Source of the DNA: Lytechinus pictus
Lineage: Eukaryota
Assembly (NCBI RefSeq): GCF_037042905.1
Contig: NC_087245.1
Span: 39,682,001 to 39,742,000 of the forward strand
Direction: 5' to 3'
Length of the DNA stretch: 60,000 nucleotides
Shown here: piece by piece, positions 1-11,670 of the stretch
How positions within the stretch are numbered: position 1 is the stretch's first letter
How the letters are laid out: each line of letters opens with the position of its first letter
Translations under genes and position numbers: made by a program
Notes under the pieces: generated by a model
Told to the model about the DNA's origin: nothing
Databases searched by the model: none
Seen by the model: only the letters and a program-made list of their open reading frames with translations

Positions 1-442
1 ATTGGCATGATCAGCAAGAGAAATAAAACAAAAAGATATAAGTCAATGGCACGGGCAAGAATTGCGGCAAAATGGGAGAAAGAGGCAAAAAGAAACGGGA
101 AATGAAAGTTAGAGCCAAAAGCTAAATTGGAAATCAGAATATGAAAAAAAAGGGACAAGAACGGCTGCCAAGGATTGAATAATATAAAGAACGGGTAGAA
201 AGGTGGATGGCGGTCTATTATAAGTTTGCTTAATTTTATGCAATAATGGTCGCAATCAGGACAAAAAAATCCTTAGCCAAGGGTTATAGCCAAGGGATAG
301 TTATACCCCCCCCCCCTCCTATATTATGTCCTAAGTTACCGAAGTAGAGCTTGCTGCTTCAAAATATTTCGTTTATTATCCGCAACTTTGTTGAACATCA
401 TATCTGTTATACTAAATAGGTTCATTATTGCGGATTGAAATA

Positions 443-669
443 ATAGCTAGAGGGTATTCATTTGTCTCGCAATCTACTATGGTCAACAAGGAAATTCGTG
501 ATCACTCTCGCAAAAAGTGTTCACTGGCTTTCTAGGAAATTCGTGATCACTCTCGCAAAAAGTGATCACGAATTTCCTAGAAAGCCAGTGAACACTTTTT
601 GCGAGAGTGATCACGAATTTCCTTGTGGACCATAGTAGATTGCGAGACAAATGAATACCCTCTAGCTAT
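443..669. repeat. Foldback palindrome with arms of about 110 bp and internal subrepeats
   Basis: ATAGCTAGAGGGTATTCATTTGTCTCGCAATCTACTATGG... at 443 is mirrored by ...CCATAGTAGATTGCGAGACAAATGAATACCCTCTAGCTAT ending at 669. The unit GGAAATTCGTGATCAC is repeated inside each arm. Confidence 0.9.
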
Positions 670-684
670 CATATCTGTTGTCTA

Positions 685-1216
685 CAGTGCGTCCCCAAAA
701 AACTATACACCTTTGAAATGGCTGTCATTGCATTGCTAAATGTTCGGTTGACCTTTATCCCATCAACGTACTTCACCTACTTAAGTCCTATCTTATCCCG
801 ACTCTCATGAACACATTGCTGAGATCCACATGATAAAGTCAAAATGCTGCACTAAAAATTGCAATTCATGATCATTCATGCATTAAATTTCAATTTAATA
901 ACTCGTGAAATTTTCTCAAACAACAAACTGATCACAATTAATCATTAATTCATCACAAAACCCTCAACTTTGCAAGTTAAAAAAAAAACTGAACTGCTGA
1001 AAGAAATTGGAAGGCTAATTCCGGCCCAGGCTAATTTTCATACCCTTTGTTTCAGTGGGCAGTGCTCGCTCAAGCATGAATAGTTTTCCAACTTTTTGGT
1101 GTCATTTGAAAGTATACTTTATTGGCTTTCCATATATATAAGTCTTTCCCCAAAAAGTGATATATTTCTTATTTGGCAGCCATTTCAAAAGTGTATAGTT
1201 TTTTTGGGACGCACTG
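685..1216. mobile_element. Non-autonomous Tc1/mariner-type element (MITE)
   Basis: TA|CAGTGCGTCCCCAAAAAACTATACACCTTTGAAATGGCTG ... CAGCCATTTCAAAAGTGTATAGTTTTTTTGGGACGCACTG|TA. TIRs are about 40 bp, with CAGTG termini and a TA target duplication. Confidence 0.85.
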
Positions 1217-1379
1217 TATGTACCCGCGACTTGATAAAAAGTGGCCATCTTCAATGTTTAAAACTATCACAAGGTTCCGCCCCAGACCAGGGGAGGCACA
1301 GGGTAAATGTTGTCATAAGCATCCTACTAAACCTGCAAAGTGCTCCAAAAAGCTTTCTCGTTCTTTAAATTTCGAACAT

Positions 1380-2310
1380 TTTCTCACCCATTCACTGTTA
1401 GTTCCCGACAAGGTTTGTCACTAACATAAATCTATCAGGACATTATAATTATAAATTTCGTTCGCGCTACGCGCTCGCAGTAACTTGTTGACTGAGATAA
1501 ATAAATTATCTATTCACATGGGGCTTAAACATCCAAAGTTCAAGTCATTATGCTTTTTCGCGATTAGAATTTTCATTATTCGTTTTTAGCGAGATACATC
1601 CTGCATATTCATAATTTTCATAAATCAAAATTTTTCAGCTCGCATGAATTGTTTAATTAGATAGTCATCCAGTTATGACAAAAAAAGTGCTTAGAACGTC
1701 CAGTTATCATCTCAAGATATAACAAAAATCAGCTCGCATTATTTATTTGGTGAGATATCATCTTCATGACCCAATGCAAAACAACTAGTCCTTAACAAGT
1801 CCATTTTAAAGTCAGTATAGGTCTACATTAAAACAAAATTTGGCTCGCGCTTCTAGCTCGATTTTGTAAAATCGCCAAAATATTCGTGTCTTGCCCCCCC
1901 CCCTTGAATGTTCTTTTGCCTCCCCTAGGTTAAAAATCCTGGTGCCGCCATTGTCCAGGTCCCGATCCGCATAGCACTGGCCCCAAAAAGTTCTACAAGT
2001 ACAACCGAGATCAAAAAAGAAAAGATGAAAGAAAATGAAAGGAAGATGTAAGATAGGATGTAATTTTCTGCATACCATGTCAAAATTAATCTAAAATTAT
2101 ATACATGTATTCTCATGAAAAGATGATTTTTTTTTCTCGCTCGCTTCGCTCGCTCGGGACTTTTTGCCACACGCGCTATGCTCTGCCCCTAATTTTTTTG
2201 TACTAACCACGCATTGAGCTTCGCCCTTAAAAAAATCCTGTTTATACCATGATATGACCGGGAATTTTTGGCTCTTGCCCCCCCCCCCTGGCCACCGACC
2301 CCCGTTACGC
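1380..2310. repeat. Fragments of the GCGCTTCGCGCTCGC-subrepeat DNA transposon family
   Basis: Repeated (A/G)CTCGCGCT/CGCTCGCA motifs with poly-C tracts, similar to the interiors of 3174-4226, 12912-14299 and 39697-40590. Ends are not resolved. Confidence 0.55.
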
Positions 2311-2968
2311 CCCTGGAGAGTTCTCATACTTATTTTTAGATATTTCTTGTTCTGTCTCTTTATACATGTTGTATAATTCAGAGCAGCCCCTCCCATTTTT
2401 CCACTGTAAAATAGGCACACCTTCATTCCCAGTCCCCGGGCGCTTATTGTGTGATTCTGCGTTGAAAAGCATATTATCCTCGGCCATCTCACATTATTAT
2501 CCTCTTTTTTTTCTTACGTAATGGCTTTTGACTGACGCTCATAATGTGAATGACCCGAAACAATGCTAAAGACCCCAATGACGAAATCAAACCCTGGGAG
2601 GGTTCGTGACATACAGAAGTGAAAATCGCTTTATTGTGGTCTACATCGACGATATGGAGCTAATAGCTCCATGAATAGAGTAAAATATGCGGCGGCGAAC
2701 ACCGAAGCTTTAAAGTGCCTTCGACTCGTCAACAAGAGGTATCTCGCTATGTTGACATACAACTTTTTGTATGATGATGATGATGATGCACATCATTTGT
2801 ATAGCGCCATATATCTATCAAAGTCATTCAAAGGCGCATTTTTGGAGGAGCCAACCGATCTGGGTCGCCGAGAAGGGCGCGCACACAGAACTGTGACCCG
2901 CAGGTCTCTCCTCCTAATACACCGGGGTTTCCTCCTACTCTTATTCGAATAGTGCAGTGGGTTCTTAA

Positions 2969-4639
2969 AGGTCAAGTCCACCCCAGAAAATTGTTGATTT
3001 GAATAAAAAGAGAAAAAATCAAACTAACATAACGCTGAAAATTTCATCAAAATCGGATGTAAAATAAGAAAGTTATCACATTTTAAAGTTTAGCTAATTT
3101 TTCACAAAACAGTAATATGCACAACTTTTTTTTTTTGTGACATGCAAATGAGACAGACGATGATGTCCCTCACCAGTGGTGTAACTACAGGGGTGCCCCC
3201 ATGCCCCCCATCGGCTGGCAAAAAAAAACAGGGAAAAGGAGAAAAAGAGGGAGAAAGGAAGATAAACGTAGTGGGAAAGAAGAAATAATTGTTCATTATA
3301 ATTTTATATTATATTATAATTATATTATGTTATATTACATAAGAAACATTTTTGTCATAACTTTATGAAACATGATTTGCTCAGGGCCTATGTCTTCATT
3401 GTTCCTGGTGCTCGCATTGTCTGTTTAACGAGATATATAATCCTGTTGTACTAAAACCTACCGTTTTCAAGTCTATATACACCAAATATATTTCCTCGCC
3501 CTCGCACTTCGAGTTATTATTGTTTTATGTAGTGACATATGCTCCTTTTTCATGACTACTTAAAGCGATTGCCCCATTTTAAGGTCTTAGTATAAAACAT
3601 TGCCTGTCCGTGCTTACGTTCGCATTAGTGGATTGGTGAGATATGTCTGCTCTTCATGAATTCATAAAAATCAGTCCTTAAAATGTCCCCATTTCTGATC
3701 TGATTATAAAAACTTTTCAGCTCGCGCTTCGCGCTCGCATCATTTGGTTAGCGAGATGCGTATGTTAATCATGATTACAATGACTACAATTGCTTCATGT
3801 CTTTAGATGTAATTCTAACAAAATCAGCAAGCACTTAGCACTCGCATTATATGACTATGGTGAAATATGTATACTCTTAATGGATTCCTAAAATATAGTC
3901 CTTTATCCCTGTTTGGGGTCAATATATACACAAATTTTAGCTCGCGCCTCGCTCTCGCATTGTTTGTTTAGCGAGACAGGTACGTATCATGATTGCAAAA
4001 AAATTGCTTATAATGTCCCTTTTTAGGTCTGAATATAAAAAAAATTCAGCTCGCGCTTCGCGCTCGCATTATTTGATCAGTGACATACATATTCGTTTAA
4101 TGGCACTGTCTTTCAATTGTTTCTATAAGGTCAGTATACCTGGCAACAGCGCGCTTCGCGCGCTCACTAAGTGACTAATTTTTTTTGCTGGTGCCCCCCA
4201 ATGCCGCGACCCACGGTACGCCACTGTCCCTCACTCTATTTCTTTTTGTTTTTTATTGTTTGAATTATACAATATTTCATGTTTTACAGATTTAACAATA
4301 AGGACCAGCTTGGCTGAACCATACAGTATTAAACAATGCTAATTCCACATGATCAGAGAGGAATTAATCGTTGCTTCACTTGGCAATGTGGATAAAATTA
4401 GAATATGTCATATTTCATACAATAAAATACAAAAGAAATAGTGAGTGGATGACATCATCAGTCTCCTCATTTGCATACCGACCAGGATGTGCATATAACT
4501 GTTTTGCGAATTTAAGCGAAACTTTAAAATGTCATAACTTTCTTATTTTACATCCGATTTTGATGAAATTTTCAGTGTTATACTTGTTTGATTTTTCTCT
4601 TTTTATTCAAATCAACTTTTGTTGGGATGGACTTGTCCT
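2969..4639. mobile_element. TTAA-specific MITE (Kolobok-like, AGG...CCT termini), copy 1, interrupted
   Basis: TTAA|AGGTCAAGTCCACCCC ... GGGATGGACTTGTCCT|TTAA with long TIRs. Same family as 8874-9465 and 46475-47073. Confidence 0.85.
3174..4226. mobile_element. Non-autonomous hAT-like element
   Basis: Termini CAGTGGTGTA...TACGCCACTG, flanked by a perfect 8-bp duplication TCCCTCAC (3166-3173 and 4227-4234). Confidence 0.85.
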
Positions 4640-6519
4640 TTAACGTGTAAAGGTGGTGACTCTCCTCTACACGGGGCCTCCATTTAACGTCCTATCCGGG
4701 AGACGGAGTGTTTTCCATTGTAACATAGCCTGCATCTATGAAACAAGGGGGAGACGTTTACACACAACGCGGTGGCTTCAGTCATCCACCCGGGGTGGAC
4801 TCGAACCCATGATCTTTGGTTGGACAGGCAGACACTACTGACTGAGCCAACTTCGCTCTCTGAATGACGACTTGGCTATCGTAATGTTGCCATATTAATA
4901 TATATGACTTGGCGAGATATCGAATGTCGCCTTGTTTACAAACGACTTTTTGCGTGTCGATTAGTATCTTGCCCATCTCGCCATTTTGACATAATAACGT
5001 TATGTCGAATTGGCGAGATAAATCAATGCCACGTCGGATGATGTCGACAAGCCAGTGGAACTTCCGTACGGCGCCACAAGATATAATGTGACGCAAAATA
5101 ACAATATAGGTCACATCGACTTGAGTTTGACAAGCTGCAGGGGAGAGGATTGAGAAGAGAAAGATTTTTGTCAGCACTGCAGTTATCAAAAGTTAAAGTT
5201 AAGTATTCCGGGCGTGGCCATAGTTCTCCAGTTCACAGAGAGAGAAAAGAGCCACGTGTTCATTTAGCTCTTTAAAATATATAATAATAATAATTTTCAT
5301 TAATATTATAATTGTTATTATTATCATTATTCAAGGGTCGTGGAACTGTTTAGAGAGTGGTTTGTTTATCAATAATTGGGAAACTATGCAAAAAAATACA
5401 GATAGTCTTTTTTGCGTTTACCCCCCCCCCCCACATAGTATACACAATAATGCTGTGGGGCTTACGTAATAAGGCCCAACAATAATAACAGCACTGTCTA
5501 TTCGAAAGACGTTAAGAAGTGAAAAACGCACCCCCTAAAAAAAAACAATAATAATTATGAGAATGTTGAATAAGCGGCTATGGTTTTTTTGTAATAAGAA
5601 CAGTTGTAATATTACACGTTCTTCAACACATGTATCAGCAGCACGAATTGAACGTTCAAAGCAGAAACGGAAACTTTTTTTAACGAAAAGCTGTTGACAG
5701 CTTGCCAAAAATCAAAATATAATGTGAACAAAATCAATGGGCATGTCATTATAGCTATTGAAAATGTCATAATTCAAATTTTAATCCATGCGCTGTCATA
5801 ATTTGACACTACTTGATCCAACCCTAATGCCTAATGATGAATTTATTTCTATACATGTATAAGCCGGTTTCTGGTCTGATTATTTTTCTTTATATGGAGT
5901 TTCCTGTTCGATATCTTTGTTTATGGCTTCTCGTTTGTTGTCATTTCCATTATGTTCATGTCTCATAGATATATTCATATTTTTCATTTTCATATTTTCT
6001 TTGTTGGAGGCCTAATTTGCTAAGCTTTCTGTATGATAAGAAAAAAATCTATCAAAGTCATAAATAACTCAAAGAAATCGGATTCACAAAAGTCACATTG
6101 CTTCCGTTGTACAACACACGCCGTGACTGGCGTATCTGAAGCTAAGGGGTTAAGAGAGCACTGATCCCCCCCCCCTCCCCCAACGTAACACACACCTTGA
6201 AAGAGTGGGGGGGGGAAGAAAAGGATTGGGGAGATTAGAAGTAGGAAAGAAAAGGGGAATCGGAAAACAAAGGAGAAAGAAAATGGGAGAAAAAAAACCG
6301 AAAAGGTAAATGAAAAAAGTACAAGGAAAAGGACAAACAAAAAAGTAACAAAAACACATTCACCTTTGAAAAAGTGTTTCCATCATTCACGAGAAGCTGG
6401 CAAGAGATGAATATTGAGAAAAGTGAGACAAACGGTTCCAAAGCTCCGCTTATAAACTACCGATAACTTTGTAGAAACATGTTGTAGTAGGTCCATGGGT
6501 GATGGTAGGAGAGAACTAT

Positions 6520-6708
6520 CGAGGAAGTTGAGAGAAGATATTGCAAGACATCCAGATGCATATAATATATAAGGAATTCATTTTATACGTTTACTGAAAT
6601 TTTACTCTGTACAAATGCATGTAATTCAGCCTTTGGTTGCTAATTAAATTTTATCACAATAAATACCATTTATATATCTATCTATCTATCTATCTATCTA
6701 TATATCTA
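6520..6708 (+). mobile_element. Probable LINE 3' end fragment
   Basis: CAGCC-TTT-GGTTG stem, then AATAAA, then a (TATC)n tail, as in CR1/L2-group 3' termini. Confidence 0.4.
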
Positions 6709-7184
6709 TGGGAAAGGAAATAATCATAACAACACCCTTTGTGAAACCATAAGTATTACACCAAATAAATTTATACTACCATGACTACTGAGAATTTGCT
6801 CTCGCTTGTTCCGGGAACATTGACATTCTCGAGCAGCCTATTAAAGAATAGTCATTTTCTCGACAAAATACATGTACCTGAATACCTCAAACATTTAGCC
6901 GCAAGGTCTCCAATTATCCCAATTTCTGGCCAAAGAAAATGAAAATCATGTACTTTTTTATGATAATGCAAAATCAAATAGGAGACATTTTAGATAAACA
7001 AAACAAGGAAAAGGAACTAACAAAATATCGATGGGAATTATGAAGACAAAATAGAGTAGGACGTTGTTTGAAGGTTTGCATGGTGGCATGTACAATCGCT
7101 GATGTGGTTTACGGTACACCATGTGGAGTGTTATAGAAACAGTGGATAGAAGAAGAGAAAAATGGATAGGCGAGAAAGTGGAGA

Positions 7185-7374
7185 TTTGAGAGTAGAGTAT
7201 TCGTTCTTGAAAGTAGTCCTGAAAAGGACTGTAAACCAGGAAAGATTGATGAGTTGAGAACAGCTTGAGTAGTAGAGCTGGCTTGAGTCGGCGAGTAGAG
7301 ATCATGAGTAGTAGAGAGACTCGACGTTTCGGACAGCTTGACTGAAGACGGACAGTCAAGCTGTCCGAAACGTA
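7185..7374. mobile_element. Penelope-like/retrozyme terminal fragment with inverted junction
   Basis: A 21-bp perfect inverted repeat (7324-7344 / 7353-7373) overlaps a hammerhead core. The minus strand continues GAAACGTC-GAGTCTC...ACAGTCCTTTTCAGGACTAC. Confidence 0.6.
7342..7374 (+). ncRNA. Minimal type I hammerhead ribozyme core (stem I not evident)
   Basis: CUGAAGA-C-GGACAG-ucaag-CUGUCC-GAAA-CGU-A: conserved CUGAnGA and GAAA boxes, a 6-bp stem II and a palindromic ACGU stem III. Confidence 0.6.
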
Positions 7375-8742
7375 GAGAAGGATCATATTTCTTCTGCATG
7401 GAAAGTTTATGTACAGAATGAAAATCACCTTTTTTTTTTGGGGGGGGGGGATGAAAGAAAATCAGGGGAAACACGAGTTAACTAGATATTCTTTTGGGGC
7501 AAATAATGGGGGGGGGGGATAGAGTACTTATATCCAGTTATTATGTAGCCTGTATATGTATAAGGTTGACAATGCATTTGATCGAAAGATTTAAACTCAT
7601 TGTCTTCCTTGTGACCCTTTACACTTTTTTTGCCGTTTTCTTAGCTTTCAAACTCCCTGAAAACTTGAAAAGATGGTCAAGTAGACTAGTTACCTATACT
7701 GGCGACAAGATGCCCTTGACACTTTGTGCAAAATAACCTGATCCAGAAATGATACCTTTCTCGCTTTAATACTAACCATACTCGTATCGATTATGAGTAG
7801 ATACTTTGAATAGACTTGCTCTTGCCGATCAAGGACTCTGTCGAGAGTCCCGATCGGGGAGCTTGTGCCATATTCCATTAGCAAGGAATGTTTTCAGGTT
7901 ACAGCCTTTGACCTCAGCCGATCTTGAGAGCCGCCCTGTAATCCAGATATTTTAATCGGAGCTGGAAAAAATATATATTCCATATTTCCGATGTCCATTA
8001 TGAATGAAGGCTGTTTGGACACACGGTTTTACAGTTCATGTGAACTGCAGGATTGCATGTACGAAGGGGGGGGGGGGGTAATACCACGGAAAATATTTCT
8101 ATGACAAATCCTGAAACTAATGCAGAGAAATTATCCAAACATTGACTCTCCCCCACGCAAAAAAATAGAAGAAATGACCAAGTAGGCCTAAGTGAAATGG
8201 ATATAGGAGGGCGTATCACTGTCCTTTCTTCCGTATTTTCGTCTATGCACGGTTTTCAAAGTGGGGGGGGGGGGGGGGGGGGGGGCTGGCCATGTAAAAA
8301 AAAATCACAATCAAAATTATGGTAATTTGTACGTTTTTGTACACGGTTTTGGATTACAATATCTTTTGAGTTCACCACCGGTGGGTACCAGATCAGACTT
8401 CAATAAAGATTCTTCTTACGGAGGATTTGGTTGTGGAGTTAGTGAAGTAAAAAAAAAAGATCATTGAATTTGAAAGCGGATTGAGATGACTTGGAAAAGA
8501 GGGGGATACAGTAACAGAGGAATTAGATGACCAAAATGGTCAATTGAATCATGGAGGTAGAAAAGAATGATTAGAACATAACAAAGAGAGGAAGGAGGAA
8601 AATACGGAAGGGGTATAATTATGAGGAGATTGGAAAGGACGACGCCTGGATATTGGATTGGGGACAAGACGACCAAAATTGTGATGTTATTTTTTTTTTC
8701 TTAGTTGAATAATAGGTATATCGTCGAGTTACACGGCCCTGA

Positions 8743-9510
8743 TGGGTGTTTCATAAAGTTGAGAGCGACCTTAAGTGCGTCTGGTGAACCTTTCTTACGC
8801 ATTAAATAATCACCAGTGAACATTTAATGGTGAATATCATTTACCAAAAGAAAGGATCGCCAGCCGTTCTTAAAGGACAAGTCCACCCCAACAAAAAGTT
8901 GATTTGAATAAAAAGAGAAAAATCCAACAAGCATAACACTGAAAATTTCATCAAAATCGGATGTAAAATAAGAAAGTTATGACATTTTAAAGTTTCGCTT
9001 AATTGCACAAAACAGTTATATGCACATCCTGGTCTGTATGCAAATGAGGAGACTGATGACGTCATCCACTCACTATTTCTTTTATATTTTATTATAGGAA
9101 ATATGAAATATTCTAATTTTCTCCTCATTGTCAAGTGATGCAACAATTAATTCCTCCCTGAACATGTGGAATTAGCGCAGTTTAATACCATATGGTTCAG
9201 TCAAGTTGGTCCTTATTTTCAAATCTATAAAAAATGAAATATTGTGTAATTCAAACAATAAAAAACAAAAGAAATAGTGAGTGATGGACATCATCTACTG
9301 ACTCACCTAGTTGTGCATATCACCGTTTTGTGAAAAATAAGCGAAACTTTAAAATGTCATAACTTTCTTATTTTACATCCAATTTTGATGAAATTTTCAG
9401 CACTATGCTAGTTTGATTTTTCTCTATTTATTCAAGTCAGCATTTTCCTGGGGTGGACTTGACCTTTAAAGTTGTTCTTAACTTGCGAACTGCTTTATGA
9501 AACGGCCCCT
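8743..9510. mobile_element. Short Harbinger-like MITE (GGGTGTTTCATAAAG...CTTTATGAAACGGCCC) split by a TTAA element
   Basis: Imperfect TIRs. The interior matches the copy at about 31755-31912 and resumes after the TTAA at 9466. Confidence 0.65.
8874..9465. mobile_element. TTAA-specific MITE (Kolobok-like), copy 2
   Basis: TTAA|AGGACAAGTCCACCCC...GGGGTGGACTTGACCT|TTAA with TIRs over 100 bp. Confidence 0.9.
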
Positions 9511-10067
9511 GGTCTCTCTTTTGATACCCCTTTTCATTTTCATTTCAATTTTTCTTCTTCTTCATTCTGTTTTTTCTCATCTCCTTTTCAATACTTAAAA
9601 GTTCGTAGAGGTGTTCGCCCTAACCCCTTGTGGGGTCGCCCCGGGAGGATAGTGGCGCGCGGTTTTGTGTTACTGAACCCGCCGTGCGTCGTAACGCGAA
9701 ACCTCCCTCATAGCGTCAAGGAACCAATGGACTATAACCCCATCTGTTCAAGTTGAATGTCTTTCTTCTGACATATTATGTGAACTGTTTAAGTCGAAAT
9801 TTTCGGAATGATCATGAAAATTATGAGATAATTCCCAGATTAAATCGATCGAGACCCGAGAACATAGCCCCATCTGTAAGGAACATACTGCTAGAGAGAG
9901 AGAGAGAGAGAGAAAGCGACGCCGCACCGGTTGCCATTCCCTTACAGCTCAAAACACCTGATCAAAATTAAAGACAATGTTTGAAGCGCAGGGCTTGACC
10001 TCCTTGCCGACCTTCAAGCCATGGGGTGGTTCAAGTTAGGTATCCAGTCCACTATGGTGACAGATTG

Positions 10068-10170
10068 CAATGATGATGACAGCGATCGCAAGAATGGCGG
10101 CAATGATGGTAAAGATGATGAAGACGATGATGATGATGATGATGATGATGCTGATGATTGCTATGAGGGC

Positions 10171-10201
<31 letters not shown>

Positions 10202-10500
10202 ATGGTGGTGATGGTGATAATAATGATGATGTTTGTGATGATGATGATGATGCTGGTGGTGGTGAGGATGGGGATGAAGTTGATGATGATAATAATGATG
10301 ATGCTATGACGATGATGATGATGATGATGGTGACGACGATGATGGTTGTGGTGGTGATGGTGATAATAATGATGATGGTTGTGATGATGATGAGGATGAA
10401 GATGATGATGGTTGTGATGATGATGAGGATGAAGATGATGATGGTTGTGATGATGATGACGATGGTGGTGGTGGTGTGGATTGATGTCGGCGATGATGAG
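10068..10500. repeat. Degenerate (GAT/GGT)n microsatellite
   Basis: Runs of GATGATGAT and GGTGGT. These generate the poly-D/poly-M/poly-S ORFs in the track. Confidence 0.95.
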
Positions 10501-11670
10501 ATTGAATGAATATTTCGAGAAAATTCATTCTTTCATCTCAATAAAAAGTTGAAACACATTAGGGACATAATATTCTTTCTGTTACAAAACTGGTAACCTA
10601 TGTCGGAAAGCTTTCTGTACCTCTGAAACAATAACCTAACCGAACTATTTTTTTAATTGTCAGGTGGATGCAGCCTACCCCCCCCCCCCCCCCCCGCACA
10701 CACACATACACCCATGAAGAAAACTTAATTGGTGAAGACCCATTAATGCAACTGGACATTTGAATGGCATTCTGTTAGCCATTTCGAACGGTTGATCTTC
10801 ATAATTATTGCGCATAAACTTAAGAAGCCATGACAGTCAAGCGGATCCCCTTCACCGTGTCCATAAGAAAGGATGCGACGTCAAATCCTTTGTTAAACTT
10901 ATATTTAACTTTCTCAATTCCTCCGGAATGTGAATTTAGTGAGGATGAATGATTTAAGATGGATTTTAAGGCCTTGTTTTCAAGTTTGAAGTTATGCGCG
11001 GGGTGTAATAGTAAATCTAGTTACGGTCTTGAGGTTGTAAGCAGTTAGGCAATCGCCGGCAGTGATTTGGACCGGGGATTTTGCTTTCTCAGTCATCACT
11101 CAATAGGTAACCCGATTTACATGTACGCATCAGCATCACCATGAACGTTAAGTCTGTACATGAAAGTCTTCGGTCAAGCATTCTGCCCTTAATTGTCCGC
11201 ATAACAACGCCCCCACAAAAGCCACTATTTTTAAGTTTGAATGTACCTCTTATAAATCTGTTGAATCGGATTAGAACTTAGAAGCTGTCTTGTTTAAACC
11301 ATGGATCCTCAGCCATATCGGCGTTCAGACAGTGAGTGTGATAACGGTCTTTGCTTAAAAAGGCGTCTTGAATAACCAAAACGGAGATCGTTATGTAACA
11401 TACAAATCAGATTTACGATACACAGTTGTTTCAATTTAAAAAAAGAACTGGGGTTTTATTTGCGCTACCACAGACTATTCGAGATGCCTGGCAGAATATC
11501 ATGAAAACGAACTCAGATGGATTTGGGATTATTTTTTTTCGTAGGTAATGAGCCTTGACATATTTGCTCTAGACATTTACACATTGAAGGAAAATAAAGA
11601 TCACTTATCAATAACGAAATGAAACTTCAGGAGGAAATGAAAAAATATTTTTATTTATGAGAATAAGCCA

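Larger units (their letters stand above)
2770..4860 (-). mobile_element. tRNA-derived SINE with Deu/Nin central domain, interrupted by nested DNA transposons
   Basis: The minus-strand head has an A box (TGGCTCAGTCAG) and a B box (GGTTCGAGTCC) at about 4860-4795. Central GGATAGGACGTTAAATGGAGGCCCCGTG...CGTTAA|GAACCCACTGCACTATTCGAATAAGAGTAGGAGGAAACCCCGGTGT resembles the Deu domain (from recall). The tail is GCGCTATACAAAT+(CAT)n at about 2810-2770. Confidence 0.8.

Noticed and set aside
8841..9146. Apparent paralogous small-protein family (also 4371-4643 and 46493-46744)
   Set aside because: These are translations of the same non-coding MITE with no transposase motifs.
10021..10528. Asp-rich 162-aa ORF and overlapping poly-Met/poly-Ser ORFs (could suggest an acidic biomineral protein)
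   Set aside because: These are explained by a GAT microsatellite that is open in several frames. The ORF switches from poly-D to poly-M and has no signal peptide or splice support.
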